61,719 nt of DNA, from the NCBI GenBank assembly GCA_964347065.1, contig CAYFXN010000005.1:1-61719 (forward strand). Direction: 5' to 3'. Below, one piece after another: positions 18,430-27,186 of the stretch. Both the position numbers and the translations under genes were made by a program. Numbering within the stretch: position 1 is the stretch's first letter; the number at the start of each line of letters is the position of its first letter. The notes under the pieces were generated by a model that worked only from the letters and a program-made list of their open reading frames with translations, ran no database searches and was not told the origin of the DNA. This DNA is from an uncultured bacterium (lineage in GTDB: Bacteria > Desulfobacterota > Deferrimicrobia > J040).

Positions 18430-19800
18430 GTGAGTGCAAATGTGAAAGACACCTATCGTGTCGGCTTTGTACATCTGGGCTGTGCGAAAAACATGGTAGA
18501 CACCGAGATCATGGAAACACTCCTTTCCCGGAGCGGTTTCCAGCTTCGGCAAAGGGGCTTCCTCGATGCTGTAATCGTGAATACATGTGGCTTTATCGGG
18601 GATGCAAAAGAGGAGTCCCTCGAAGAAATTTTTAGGGTCGTTGGTCTGAAAAAGGCAGGACGGGTGGGAAAAATTCTCGTGGGAGGGTGTCTTTCCCAGA
18701 GGTATCTGACCGATCTCGTAAGGGAGATACCGGAGGTCGATAGGTTTTTCGGGTTGGGAGATGTGGCCGGGATAGACGAGATTCTGATCGATGTCATTGA
18801 GGATAAACCGCTCCGAATTCCCCCAGGCGGGACATCGGATTTGGAAGACGCGTATCTTTTACGTCTGAAACGGAATAAAACCGGCTGGACCTATCTGAAA
18901 ATTTCCGATGGTTGTTCGAATAACTGCGTCTATTGTACCATTCCCAGCATCAGGGGACCCCTGAAGAGCAGGGATTTGCAGCGAGTGAAATCGGAATTTC
19001 AGGCTATAGTCGAAAAGGGGATAAAAGAGGTCAACGTGATCGGGCAGGATATCGGTTCATATGGGAGGGACCGCGAAGGCTCCATAGGCTTAGAGGGTTT
19101 GCTCGAGGAATTGGCTCCCCTCGTTGCTGGAGATATCTGGCTAAGATTGCTCTACCTCCACCCGGAAAATGTGACGGAACGCCTTGCGCGGATAATGAGA
19201 GAGAGCCCCTTCATAGTAAATTATCTCGATATCCCGGTGCAACACGCAAGTGACAGGATACTTGCGAAAATGAACCGGAGATACACGAGAGGGTATCTTT
19301 ATGATCTCTTTTCCATGCTCCGGCAAGTCCTGGACGACATCGTTTTGCGAACGACAGTCATGGTTGGTTTCCCCGGGGAACGGCGGGTGGATTTTGAGTA
19401 TCTCCAGAGTTTCTTGGAGGATGTAAGGTTCGACCGGCTCGGAGGGTTTATCTATTCAAGGGAGGAAAACACGCCCGCATGGAACATGGGCCGGAGGGTG
19501 AAAAGAGATACGGCGGTTTTACGACTCGAAGAGATTCTCACAGTTCAATCACAGATATCGCTTGAAAAAAACCGCCTCTTGCAGGGGAAAAAGGTAAAGG
19601 TCCTCGTCGAGGAAGCGCACAGAACCGAAGGAAGGCTCACCGGCAGGTATTACGGACAGGCACCTGAGGTCGATGGAGTCGTTTCGGCTAAATATTGCAA
19701 TCCTGTCAAGAGAGGAGATTTCGTTCCGGTTAAAATCAGTCACTACGATCACTATGACCTTTTCGGTGAGGTTGCCGCTGAAAAAACGATTGACTTTTAA
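18430..19800 (+). CDS. rimO: Ribosomal protein S12 methylthiotransferase RimO
   Basis: LGCAKNMVDTE, VNTCGFI, GCSNNCVYCTIP, TRAM domain with QAPEVDG. Confidence 0.93.
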   Translation: MSANVKDTYRVGFVHLGCAKNMVDTEIMETLLSRSGFQLRQRGFLDAVIVNTCGFIGDAKEESLEEIFRVVGLKKAGRVGKILVGGCLSQRYLTDLVREIPEVDRFFGLGDVAGIDEILIDVIEDKPLRIPPGGTSDLEDAYLLRLKRNKTGWTYLKISDGCSNNCVYCTIPSIRGPLKSRDLQRVKSEFQAIVEKGIKEVNVIGQDIGSYGRDREGSIGLEGLLEELAPLVAGDIWLRLLYLHPENVTERLARIMRESPFIVNYLDIPVQHASDRILAKMNRRYTRGYLYDLFSMLRQVLDDIVLRTTVMVGFPGERRVDFEYLQSFLEDVRFDRLGGFIYSREENTPAWNMGRRVKRDTAVLRLEEILTVQSQISLEKNRLLQGKKVKVLVEEAHRTEGRLTGRYYGQAPEVDGVVSAKYCNPVKRGDFVPVKISHYDHYDLFGEVAAEKTIDF

Positions 19801-19817
19801 CTTGGAAAGTGTATATT
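19790..19817 (+). promoter_or_regulatory. Candidate sigma70 promoter for the dksA-like gene
   Basis: TTGACT-N16-TATATT overlapping the end of rimO. Confidence 0.4.
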
Positions 19818-19853
19818 TTTTGAAATTTGCGATAAATATCCAGGAGGAACTTC

Positions 19854-20258
19854 ATGAAGTCAATAAAGGGAGTCCTCATAAAGATGCGGGACGATCTTAT
19901 TAGAGATATAACGCGAAGGCTCAAAGAGACGAGCAAAAATATAAACGAAGACATCGGGGATGACATCGACTCCTGCTTTCAAGAGAGAGCAAGGGAGTTC
20001 GATCTCCTCCTCTCCAAACGGGAGAAGGAGAAACTCCGTTTAATAGAAGAGGCACTGGATAAATTCGAGGAAGGAACCTACGGAACCTGTGAGGAGTGCG
20101 GAGGAAAGATACCGAAGGGGCGCCTGAAGGCTATGCCGTTTGCTCTCTACTGCGTCGACTGCAAGGAAATGATCGAAAAGGAGGAAAAGTCCCGGACAGA
20201 GGAACCGGAAGAAACCCTGAGAAAGATCTCCCTGATCGATTACGAAGAAGAAGATTAA
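19854..20258 (+). CDS. dksA: DksA/TraR C4 zinc-finger transcription factor
   Basis: Coiled coil plus GTYGTCEECGGKIPKGRLKAMPFALYCVDC. GGAGG RBS. Confidence 0.85.
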   Translation: MKSIKGVLIKMRDDLIRDITRRLKETSKNINEDIGDDIDSCFQERAREFDLLLSKREKEKLRLIEEALDKFEEGTYGTCEECGGKIPKGRLKAMPFALYCVDCKEMIEKEEKSRTEEPEETLRKISLIDYEEED

Positions 20259-20436
20259 CCGTATTTTCGTTGTTTCTCAAAGAGCGTAATCCCTCCCCTT
20301 TTCCGAAATCGACTGGCGAACCGCCTTTTATTCCTTCATGCAATTCGGAATCTGGGTTTCCGTTTCTCGCGCATATTTGGAATATTTCTTACGAATTATC
20401 GAACCACGGGAGCTCAAACAAACCTGCTCGTTGCGA

Positions 20437-21495
20437 TTACCTCGATCCCTTATTGATTTTCTGATACCTGTTGACGGCGTTTATGTGCTCCCTCAAAGTG
20501 CGTGAGAAGTGATGTGAGCCGTCGTTTTTCGATACGAAATAGAGATAATTTGTATCTGCCGGGTATAGTGCCGCTATGATGGATGCTCGGCCGGGATTGG
20601 AGATTGGTCCGGGGGGAAGCCCGTTTATCACATAAGTATTAAATTCATTGAAGCGATTTAGATCTTTTTTCGTGAGCCTACCGTTCCACTTTTTGAAACC
20701 GTATATAACCGTCGGGTCCATCTGGAGGCGCATATTTTTTTTGAGCCGCTGGTAGATTATGGCGGCGATTATCGGTTTTTCACTGTCCAGGGACGTCTCT
20801 TTTTCGATTATTGAAGCTATGGTGATAACCTCATCCATGGTCAGGCCCAGCTCTTTTCTCCTCTCATCCATTTCGCTTGAATATTCTCTGTTAAAGTGGT
20901 TGGTCATCATGTTGATGATCGCTTTTTCATCCATATTTCGGGTGAAGACGTAGGTATCGGGAAATAGATATCCCTCCAGGGCCCGGGATTCGATACCGTA
21001 GGTTTTTGCCACTTCTCTAGACCCGGCCATGGCGAGAAATCTCTCTCCCTCCGCTATTTTATAATCGTCAAGGAGCGAGCTTATGTTATAGATGTTACTC
21101 CCTTCAGGAATCGTGATGTAGTATTTTGTAACAAGTCCCTTCACGAGTTTATTGAGAACGTAGAGCGGTTTCTGGGGTGTTGGGATCACATATTCGCCGG
21201 CCTTTATATTTCTCGTGTTGAAGGTCAGGTATGCAAGAAGGTTGAAAAAGGTTTTGGAGCTTATAATGCCATCCTTGTGGAGCGTATCGACGACTGACCT
21301 GAAGGAAGTTCCTTTCTCGATGTATATTTTCTTCGCCTGAAAATTGTTCGATGAGGGCGTGCTGTAGAGGTAGACGACGAATAAAATGGAGGTGATGGCC
21401 ACGTACAGGCACAGAGATATCAGAAACAGTTCGGCGACTTTTCTCAAAACTGTCCTCTCCAGGATCGTTTTTTCAACTATCTCTCGATTCAGCAT
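20437..21495 (-). CDS. mltG: Endolytic transglycosylase MltG
   Basis: LEGYLFPDTY, ASIIEKET, LQMDPTVIYG, GLPPGPISNPG, YLYFVSKNDGSH. Confidence 0.95.
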   Translation of the reverse strand: MLNREIVEKTILERTVLRKVAELFLISLCLYVAITSILFVVYLYSTPSSNNFQAKKIYIEKGTSFRSVVDTLHKDGIISSKTFFNLLAYLTFNTRNIKAGEYVIPTPQKPLYVLNKLVKGLVTKYYITIPEGSNIYNISSLLDDYKIAEGERFLAMAGSREVAKTYGIESRALEGYLFPDTYVFTRNMDEKAIINMMTNHFNREYSSEMDERRKELGLTMDEVITIASIIEKETSLDSEKPIIAAIIYQRLKKNMRLQMDPTVIYGFKKWNGRLTKKDLNRFNEFNTYVINGLPPGPISNPGRASIIAALYPADTNYLYFVSKNDGSHHFSRTLREHINAVNRYQKINKGSR

Positions 21496-21913
21496 CCAGG
21501 TAACTCTGGAGAATGATGGTTGCCGCGAGCTGGTCGATAACCTCTTTTCTCCTCTTTCGCCTCACGTTGTTCCTGATCATCTCTCTTTCAGCAAAAACCG
21601 TCGACAGGCGTTCATCCCAGGTATCTATATCCACCTCTGTCAGGGCCGAACCGAGTTTTTCGCTAAAACGTTGCACCTCCAGGGCACTCTGCCCCACCTG
21701 GCCTGACAGTGTCAATGGCAACCCCACAACAATTTTTTTTACATCGTACATATCGATAATCTGTCGAATTTTTTCAATATCGAGATCGTCGTTCTTTCTC
21801 TCTATTACGGAGAGCGGCTGCGCGATCGTTCCTGTTGGATCCGAAATGGCGATGCCTAACTTTTCCTTCCCGAAGTCGATGCAGAGCCGCCTTCCTTTTC
21901 TTTTTTCCTCCAT
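21473..21913 (-). CDS. ruvX: Holliday junction resolvase-like / pre-16S rRNA nuclease RuvX (YqgF)
   Basis: CIDFGKEKLGIAISDP, VVGLP, WDERLST, IDQLAATIILQSYLD. Confidence 0.93.
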   Translation of the reverse strand: MEEKRKGRRLCIDFGKEKLGIAISDPTGTIAQPLSVIERKNDDLDIEKIRQIIDMYDVKKIVVGLPLTLSGQVGQSALEVQRFSEKLGSALTEVDIDTWDERLSTVFAEREMIRNNVRRKRRKEVIDQLAATIILQSYLDAESRDS

Positions 21914-22067
21914 ACTTAAAAAGTTTATGGTACTACCCGGGGAAAAGTCAACGCGAGGGAATCAATATCCAATGGGAAGGGGAAAGTGGTTTTCCGTCGG
22001 TATTTCAGGGAGGGTCGAAAGCCCTATATTCTTGACATTTGTGGCGTAAATTGTTTCAAATATCCCA

Positions 22068-23069
22068 ATGATTGCAAAAAACAGATCATGGCAGTCGATA
22101 GAGGGAGTAAGAATCGGAAAGGCCGTTTCCGCAAACGGGCTCACGGGGACCTCGGTTATGATTTTCCCCGATGGGGCGGTTGCTTCCGCAGAGGTACGGG
22201 GTTTTGCAACGGGAACCCGGCAGATGGATTCCCTCTCGCTGACCCACACGGTGGAAAAAGCCTACGCCCTGGTTGTTTCTGGCGGGTCCGTATTTGGCCT
22301 CGATGCGGCATCGGCGGTTGCACGTGAGTTGAACCTGAAAAACATCGGGCTTTTCACGGGTATTACCAGCATCCCCGTGGTTCCAACAGCCGTGATATAT
22401 GACCTGTCATTCCCGGAAAATGTAGGAACCAATTACGGAGAGTTGGGGAAAAAAGCCATTGACGATGCTTTCTCAACGGCTGTCGGGGAGGAGGGGGGTG
22501 GTGCCGGTGCCGGTGCATCGGTTGGCAAAATTCTCGGCATAGAGCGGGCGACGAAAACTTCCAAAGGACTTGCCGCTCGATCGGTGAAGGAAGGATATCA
22601 TGTTGGTGCCATGGTGGTTCTCAATGCCTTTGGAGATGTATACGACAAAAAGGGTGGCATAGTTGCAGGTGTCAGGCGCATGGACGGGAAGGGATTCGAT
22701 AATTCAAGGAAGCTGTTCATGGAGGGGCACACGAGGAAACCCTTTGGCGTTATGGACAGTACCACCGTGTCGGCTGTGGTGACGGACGCAGATCTCGGAA
22801 AGAAGGAACTTTTCATCGTTGCTTCTCAAATCAACAACTTTCTCGCGTCACATATACGGCCTTACGGCTCCATTTTCGACGGAGATATCGTATTTTCTCT
22901 CTCCACGGGGAAAAGGGGAAAGGTGGATAATCTCTTGAAATTTATTGTTATGGCGGAAGAGGTGGTTTATGAATCTCTGATGGTGGCCGTTTTTTCCGCA
23001 AAATCCTCAGGCGGTTTGCCCTGTGCAAGGGAAATATTGGGAGAAGGAGGAGAAATTGGAAGAGATTGA
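22068..23069 (+). CDS. P1/S58 family peptidase (DmpA-like)
   Basis: EVRGFATGTR, VVSGGSVFGLDAASAV, VPTAVIYDL, GAGAGASVGK, FDGDIVFSLST. Confidence 0.88.
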   Translation: MIAKNRSWQSIEGVRIGKAVSANGLTGTSVMIFPDGAVASAEVRGFATGTRQMDSLSLTHTVEKAYALVVSGGSVFGLDAASAVARELNLKNIGLFTGITSIPVVPTAVIYDLSFPENVGTNYGELGKKAIDDAFSTAVGEEGGGAGAGASVGKILGIERATKTSKGLAARSVKEGYHVGAMVVLNAFGDVYDKKGGIVAGVRRMDGKGFDNSRKLFMEGHTRKPFGVMDSTTVSAVVTDADLGKKELFIVASQINNFLASHIRPYGSIFDGDIVFSLSTGKRGKVDNLLKFIVMAEEVVYESLMVAVFSAKSSGGLPCAREILGEGGEIGRD

Positions 23070-23631
23070 AAGGATACTGAACATCCTCATTCAAGATGAG
23101 GTCGCTCCCGTGAAAGATGAGGCGGTTAAATCCCTCGGCAAGTTCTCTGCGAGAAGGAGATTTCCTGAGTTTATGGGGGTACTTACTTCCGGAAAACCTG
23201 AAGACCGGATGAGGGTTGTTTACGCTGCAGAGGAGATGGGAGGAGATGAGGGTCTCAAGCTTCTCATGCAAGCCGTTGAAGACAGCGCCGATGATGTGAG
23301 AGGCGCAGCGATAAGGATTCTCGAGAATTACCCCCGGGCAGAGGTGTTGAAGACTCTCGTGGATCGGCTTCCCCAAGAAAAGGGCTTCGTTCTGGGAAAC
23401 CTGATAAGCGTTCTGGGCCGGTCCGGGAGAAAGGAGCTCGCCCCCATTCTGACACGGTTCATAAGTCACCCTGACACGGAGATACAGGCAAGAACGATCG
23501 AAGCTCTCGGCCATATAGGAACTGCAGAGGACCTGAAAGAGATAATCGGAAAAGCTGTTTCAGAGAGTCCGTCAGTTCGCAAGGCAGTGGCATTTGCACT
23601 CGGAGCTATCTCCTTAAGCCACGGATCTTGA
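23056..23631 (+). CDS. HEAT-repeat (PBS lyase-like) protein
   Basis: About five HEAT repeats (DDVRGAAIRIL, IQARTIEALGHIG, VRKAVAFALG). Start reassigned to TTG at 23056 behind AGGAGG. Confidence 0.8.
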   Translation: MEEIERILNILIQDEVAPVKDEAVKSLGKFSARRRFPEFMGVLTSGKPEDRMRVVYAAEEMGGDEGLKLLMQAVEDSADDVRGAAIRILENYPRAEVLKTLVDRLPQEKGFVLGNLISVLGRSGRKELAPILTRFISHPDTEIQARTIEALGHIGTAEDLKEIIGKAVSESPSVRKAVAFALGAISLSHGS

Positions 23632-24990
23632 AGGGTTTGCGTTCTCAAGGAGGGGGTTGACGGTGGTGACGATGCTCCTGTTGAACTTCCCCGTTTTCGG
23701 GTCTTTTTCTATAAGGTCTATGTGAACGGGAAAGTCCAGATTCCTGCCTTCTGCGTCGGTGAGCACGATTACCTTCGGTCGAGCCGAATCCTCAGTGTTT
23801 TGGGCTGATACGACGGCCACCTCGTCTGTATCGAGCTTCACCATCGTACCGATCGGGTAAATACCGAGAATTTTTATCAGGACCTTGATCATCGCCGGGT
23901 CCAGAGACTTGCCCGCCATTTTTGTCATCACTTCCAGGGATTCTTTCGGGGTTCTCGGTTTCTGATATGTTCTGAGCGTTGAGAGGGCGTCGTAACAGTC
24001 TGCAATGCTCACGATCTGGCTGTACGGTTCCATTTTGTATCCGGGCTCGATTTTGGGATATCCGGAGAGATCGAAACCCATGTGGTGTTCCCGTACGATC
24101 TTGCCGGAAACGGGGTTTATGAACTCCATTTCGATCAATATCCTGTGTCCTTCGTCGGGATGTTTCTTGATCTCTTCAAATTCCTCAAGTGTCAGGGTCG
24201 ATGGTTTTCTGATGAGGTCGAGAGCGACCTGGGTCTTCCCTACGTCGTGGAGGAGTCCCGCGACCCCTATGTCGATCTTTTCGCTTTCAGATAGGGAGAG
24301 GGATTCAGCGATAGTGAGTGAGATAACCCCGACGTTAACGGAATGGGTGTAGGTATATTCATCGTAGTTCTTTATCATCGTGAGGGCAAGCATGGCATCC
24401 TGATTTTTCTTGAGCATGCCCGACATGTCCTGGACCACTTTTCTCGATTCACTTCCCGAGGGAATTTTACCGAGGCGGATGTCGTTCATTGCCGCCGTAA
24501 CCGCCGAAATTGCGTTCTCGTAAATTTCCTTCGCTGCGGAGAGATCATCCGGTTCCTTGTCTTTCTCGACGGTGACGACCACGATCTTTTTAATATCCTC
24601 GATCTGGAAAAGGTTTCTCACCTTCTGCTCGCTTAATATGCTCCCGCGATTTGCGTGAAGTATCGATATGAAGCTCTCCAGTTCGCTTTTTTTCAATCCC
24701 CGGTGGAAGACAAGTGCCTCGATGCCGCATTCTCCGAGAGATTTGATGAATAGTTCTAAAGAAGAGGTGAGTTGAAACAGGGGAGTTCCTTCGAAAACGA
24801 GCGTTTCGTCCACGATGGCCAGCGCGAGTTCATTGAGTGATTCGAGCAGGGAAGTTATGAGATCGTAAGCTTGAGCTATAGTTTTTTGCACGAGAGGATG
24901 GTTTTCGGGGTAAAGGCCAAGGTTTTTGAGGGCGCCCCCCAGAGCTTTCGTTATTTCCTTTATCTGTGCCTCAAGCTCCATCCTTTCCAT
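23614..24990 (-). CDS. HD-GYP phosphodiesterase with N-terminal YPxxHP domain (pair 2), RxxQ variant
   Basis: GLYPENHPLV, YTYTHSVNVG, LLHDVGK, EHHMGFDLSGYP, DALSTLRTYQ, C-terminal YPIGTMVKL extension. Confidence 0.88.
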   Translation of the reverse strand: MERMELEAQIKEITKALGGALKNLGLYPENHPLVQKTIAQAYDLITSLLESLNELALAIVDETLVFEGTPLFQLTSSLELFIKSLGECGIEALVFHRGLKKSELESFISILHANRGSILSEQKVRNLFQIEDIKKIVVVTVEKDKEPDDLSAAKEIYENAISAVTAAMNDIRLGKIPSGSESRKVVQDMSGMLKKNQDAMLALTMIKNYDEYTYTHSVNVGVISLTIAESLSLSESEKIDIGVAGLLHDVGKTQVALDLIRKPSTLTLEEFEEIKKHPDEGHRILIEMEFINPVSGKIVREHHMGFDLSGYPKIEPGYKMEPYSQIVSIADCYDALSTLRTYQKPRTPKESLEVMTKMAGKSLDPAMIKVLIKILGIYPIGTMVKLDTDEVAVVSAQNTEDSARPKVIVLTDAEGRNLDFPVHIDLIEKDPKTGKFNRSIVTTVNPLLENANPSRSVA

Positions 24991-26539
24991 GGTCCATCCT
25001 CTCGAGAATTTTGGCTGCCTCCTTCCTACATATGCTATCGGAACCTTTGGTCAAATTTTCAAGTGCTTCATGTGCTTTTTCGGATTTTATTTTTCCGATG
25101 CCCTGGACGGCAAACATTTTGAGCTCCTTCAATCTCCTTGGCTTGAACAGCGGGTTGTACAGGGCGATGCTCTGTAATACAACTACCGCATTCTCGGTTC
25201 CGATGTTTTTCAGCGAATCGATAATCTCCTTCGAGATCCTGTAGTCAGGATAGACGAACTTTCTCCTTCCGAACCTCTCTTTGAGGATTTGTATGGCCGA
25301 ATCGTCTTTTTTCGTTCCCAAGGCTGCCACAGAAATAGTCGCTATGTTTTCGTCGGCATCGAAACAGCATTGACCAAGAGCCGTAATCGATATGGGGCTC
25401 TGGATTTTTGAAAGCGCTTTGATCGCCTCTTTCTTAACCCGCGGGTCGGGGTTCTTGAGCGTGTTTGCTATGTGCTGGGCAACCTCCTCTTTCCCAATTC
25501 CTCCCAGAATGGTGATCATGTTTCTGATGACGTACCATCTCGTGTCATCGAGGAACTTTACGATATACGGGATGGCAGGGTCCCCTATCTTGGTAACCAG
25601 ATCAACCATCGCTTTCCGGACGATGAGGTTCTTTTCATCAGTGAGCGCTGCAAGAATTTTTACCACGCCCGCTTCCCCTATAATGAGCAGGACGGTCTGG
25701 GCTTCCACCCTCTCCTGAAGCGATTTGCTCCCGAATTTTTTCACGTAAAGGTCGATAATATCCTCATCGACGAGCTCTTTGATACCCGTGATGGCGAGAT
25801 CTTTGATTTCTTCGTTCCCACCGGGAGGATACTCCGTGTGGTTGGAAAAGATCTTGATGGCCTTTTCGGCTTGGAGCAGTCGCTCCTTACGTGTCAGCTC
25901 ATCGATTTTTTTCAAAATCTGCTGAAGAGTATCTCTGTATTCTCCCGATTCAGCCGTTTGCGCCAGTTTGGACAGGAGCGTGTCGATATCGTCTTCCTCA
26001 ATTTTCATCTCCTTATCAATGGGCACTTTTTCAAAAATGATATGTTCATTTTCCTGTGGTGCCGGCTCCTTCTCCTTCTTGAGCTCCTCCATCAATTTTT
26101 CATAATCAACCCTGTTTATCCAGATTTTTGAAATTCTCATTCCTATGAGGATCCTCTCAAGCCCGCCCTTATTCATAATCTCGTCGGGATCGAGAGAAAT
26201 AGCTTGCAAAAAATCCCTCATCTCATCAAGTGTTACACCGGGTAGGAGGATGAGTTTGTTGGTTCTGCGAACGAAGAGTGCATTTCGAAAATCCGAGATG
26301 GCATCATGCTTTTCGGGAAGTTTTGTTTCACCGACGGTAAGGCTCGGTTTGCTCACGGAAATTTCGATTCCCCCGTCAGGGGGGGGGACATCATCTATCG
26401 ACTGGCAGATTTTCTGTAATATTTTTATCAGCGAGGGATGGCTTTCCGGATAGAAAGAAACTGCTTTCATCCCCTTCGCCATTTCCGTTACTGCTTTTGT
26501 AATCTTGTCGATGTAGGATTCCCTGTTATCGTCTTTCAA
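24971..26539 (-). CDS. HEAT-repeat protein with N-terminal YPxxHP domain (pair 2)
   Basis: SFYPESHPSL at the N-terminus, HEAT repeats (LDDTRWYVIRNMITILG, DPRVKKEAIKAL). TTG start. Overlaps the HD-GYP start by 20 nt. Confidence 0.85.
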   Translation of the reverse strand: MKDDNRESYIDKITKAVTEMAKGMKAVSFYPESHPSLIKILQKICQSIDDVPPPDGGIEISVSKPSLTVGETKLPEKHDAISDFRNALFVRRTNKLILLPGVTLDEMRDFLQAISLDPDEIMNKGGLERILIGMRISKIWINRVDYEKLMEELKKEKEPAPQENEHIIFEKVPIDKEMKIEEDDIDTLLSKLAQTAESGEYRDTLQQILKKIDELTRKERLLQAEKAIKIFSNHTEYPPGGNEEIKDLAITGIKELVDEDIIDLYVKKFGSKSLQERVEAQTVLLIIGEAGVVKILAALTDEKNLIVRKAMVDLVTKIGDPAIPYIVKFLDDTRWYVIRNMITILGGIGKEEVAQHIANTLKNPDPRVKKEAIKALSKIQSPISITALGQCCFDADENIATISVAALGTKKDDSAIQILKERFGRRKFVYPDYRISKEIIDSLKNIGTENAVVVLQSIALYNPLFKPRRLKELKMFAVQGIGKIKSEKAHEALENLTKGSDSICRKEAAKILERMDHGKDGA

Positions 26540-26600
26540 GCCTGCCCCTGACCTATGCGTATTATTCTTTTAAGCGATATTCTATTTTTATAATTCTTTG

Positions 26601-26626
26601 AAAGTCAATAATTTATAATTGACTTT
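26601..26626. promoter_or_regulatory. Perfect 9-bp inverted repeat in the divergent promoter region (back-to-back TTGACT boxes)
   Basis: AAAGTCAAT-N8-ATTGACTTT. On the minus strand TTGACT-N18-TAGAAT points to the HEAT gene. Confidence 0.45.
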
Positions 26627-26699
26627 GGCAACCCTTGAAGGAAATACTTACCACTGAGCGGCATTTGGCGACCCGGAAACCGACTCACGGGGTCATTCT

Positions 26700-27182
26700 G
26701 TGATCGATGGGAAAAAAGGAACGTTTTTACGCATATCCGAAATGGTGGCGAGAGGGTTCTACACGGGAAATATCCCTCTCGTACCGGGAACTTTCGGTAC
26801 GGCTGTCGGTTTTGCCATATGGATCTTTGTTTCCGGTTCCTTCCTTTATTGGGCCCTTTTTGCGATATTGTGGACAATTTCCGTCCCCGGGGTCAAGGCG
26901 GTTATTGAAGAATCGGGCTCAAAAGACCCTCCTGCCGTCGTCGTGGATGAAATACTGGGCTTCCTGCTCGCCTCGGGGCTTTTCGAAAGAAGTTTTCAGG
27001 CAGGTTTGAGCCTGTTTGTCCTTTTCAGAATTTTTGATATCTTAAAACCATGGCCGGCGTCATGGGCCAACAGGGGGGAAGGGCTCCTGTTTGTCTATCT
27101 GGATGACCTGGTCGCTGGTATGTATGCCGCCCTGGTCCACTACCTGTTTGTAGTAAAAGTTCTCGTCCCTGCCTGGGGGTAG
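26700..27182 (+). CDS. pgpA: Phosphatidylglycerophosphatase A
   Basis: PLVPGTFGT, KDPPAVVVDEILG, FRIFDILKPWP, LDDLVAG. Confidence 0.93.
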   Translation: MIDGKKGTFLRISEMVARGFYTGNIPLVPGTFGTAVGFAIWIFVSGSFLYWALFAILWTISVPGVKAVIEESGSKDPPAVVVDEILGFLLASGLFERSFQAGLSLFVLFRIFDILKPWPASWANRGEGLLFVYLDDLVAGMYAALVHYLFVVKVLVPAWG

Positions 27183-27186
27183 ATAT

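Noticed and set aside
20315-20329. Terminator after dksA (GGCG-AAC-CGCC-TTTT)
   Set aside because: Only a 4-bp stem; too weak to call.
26625-26640. Sigma54 promoter-like TGGCA...TTG
   Set aside because: The spacing is 2 nt short and the -12 GC is missing.
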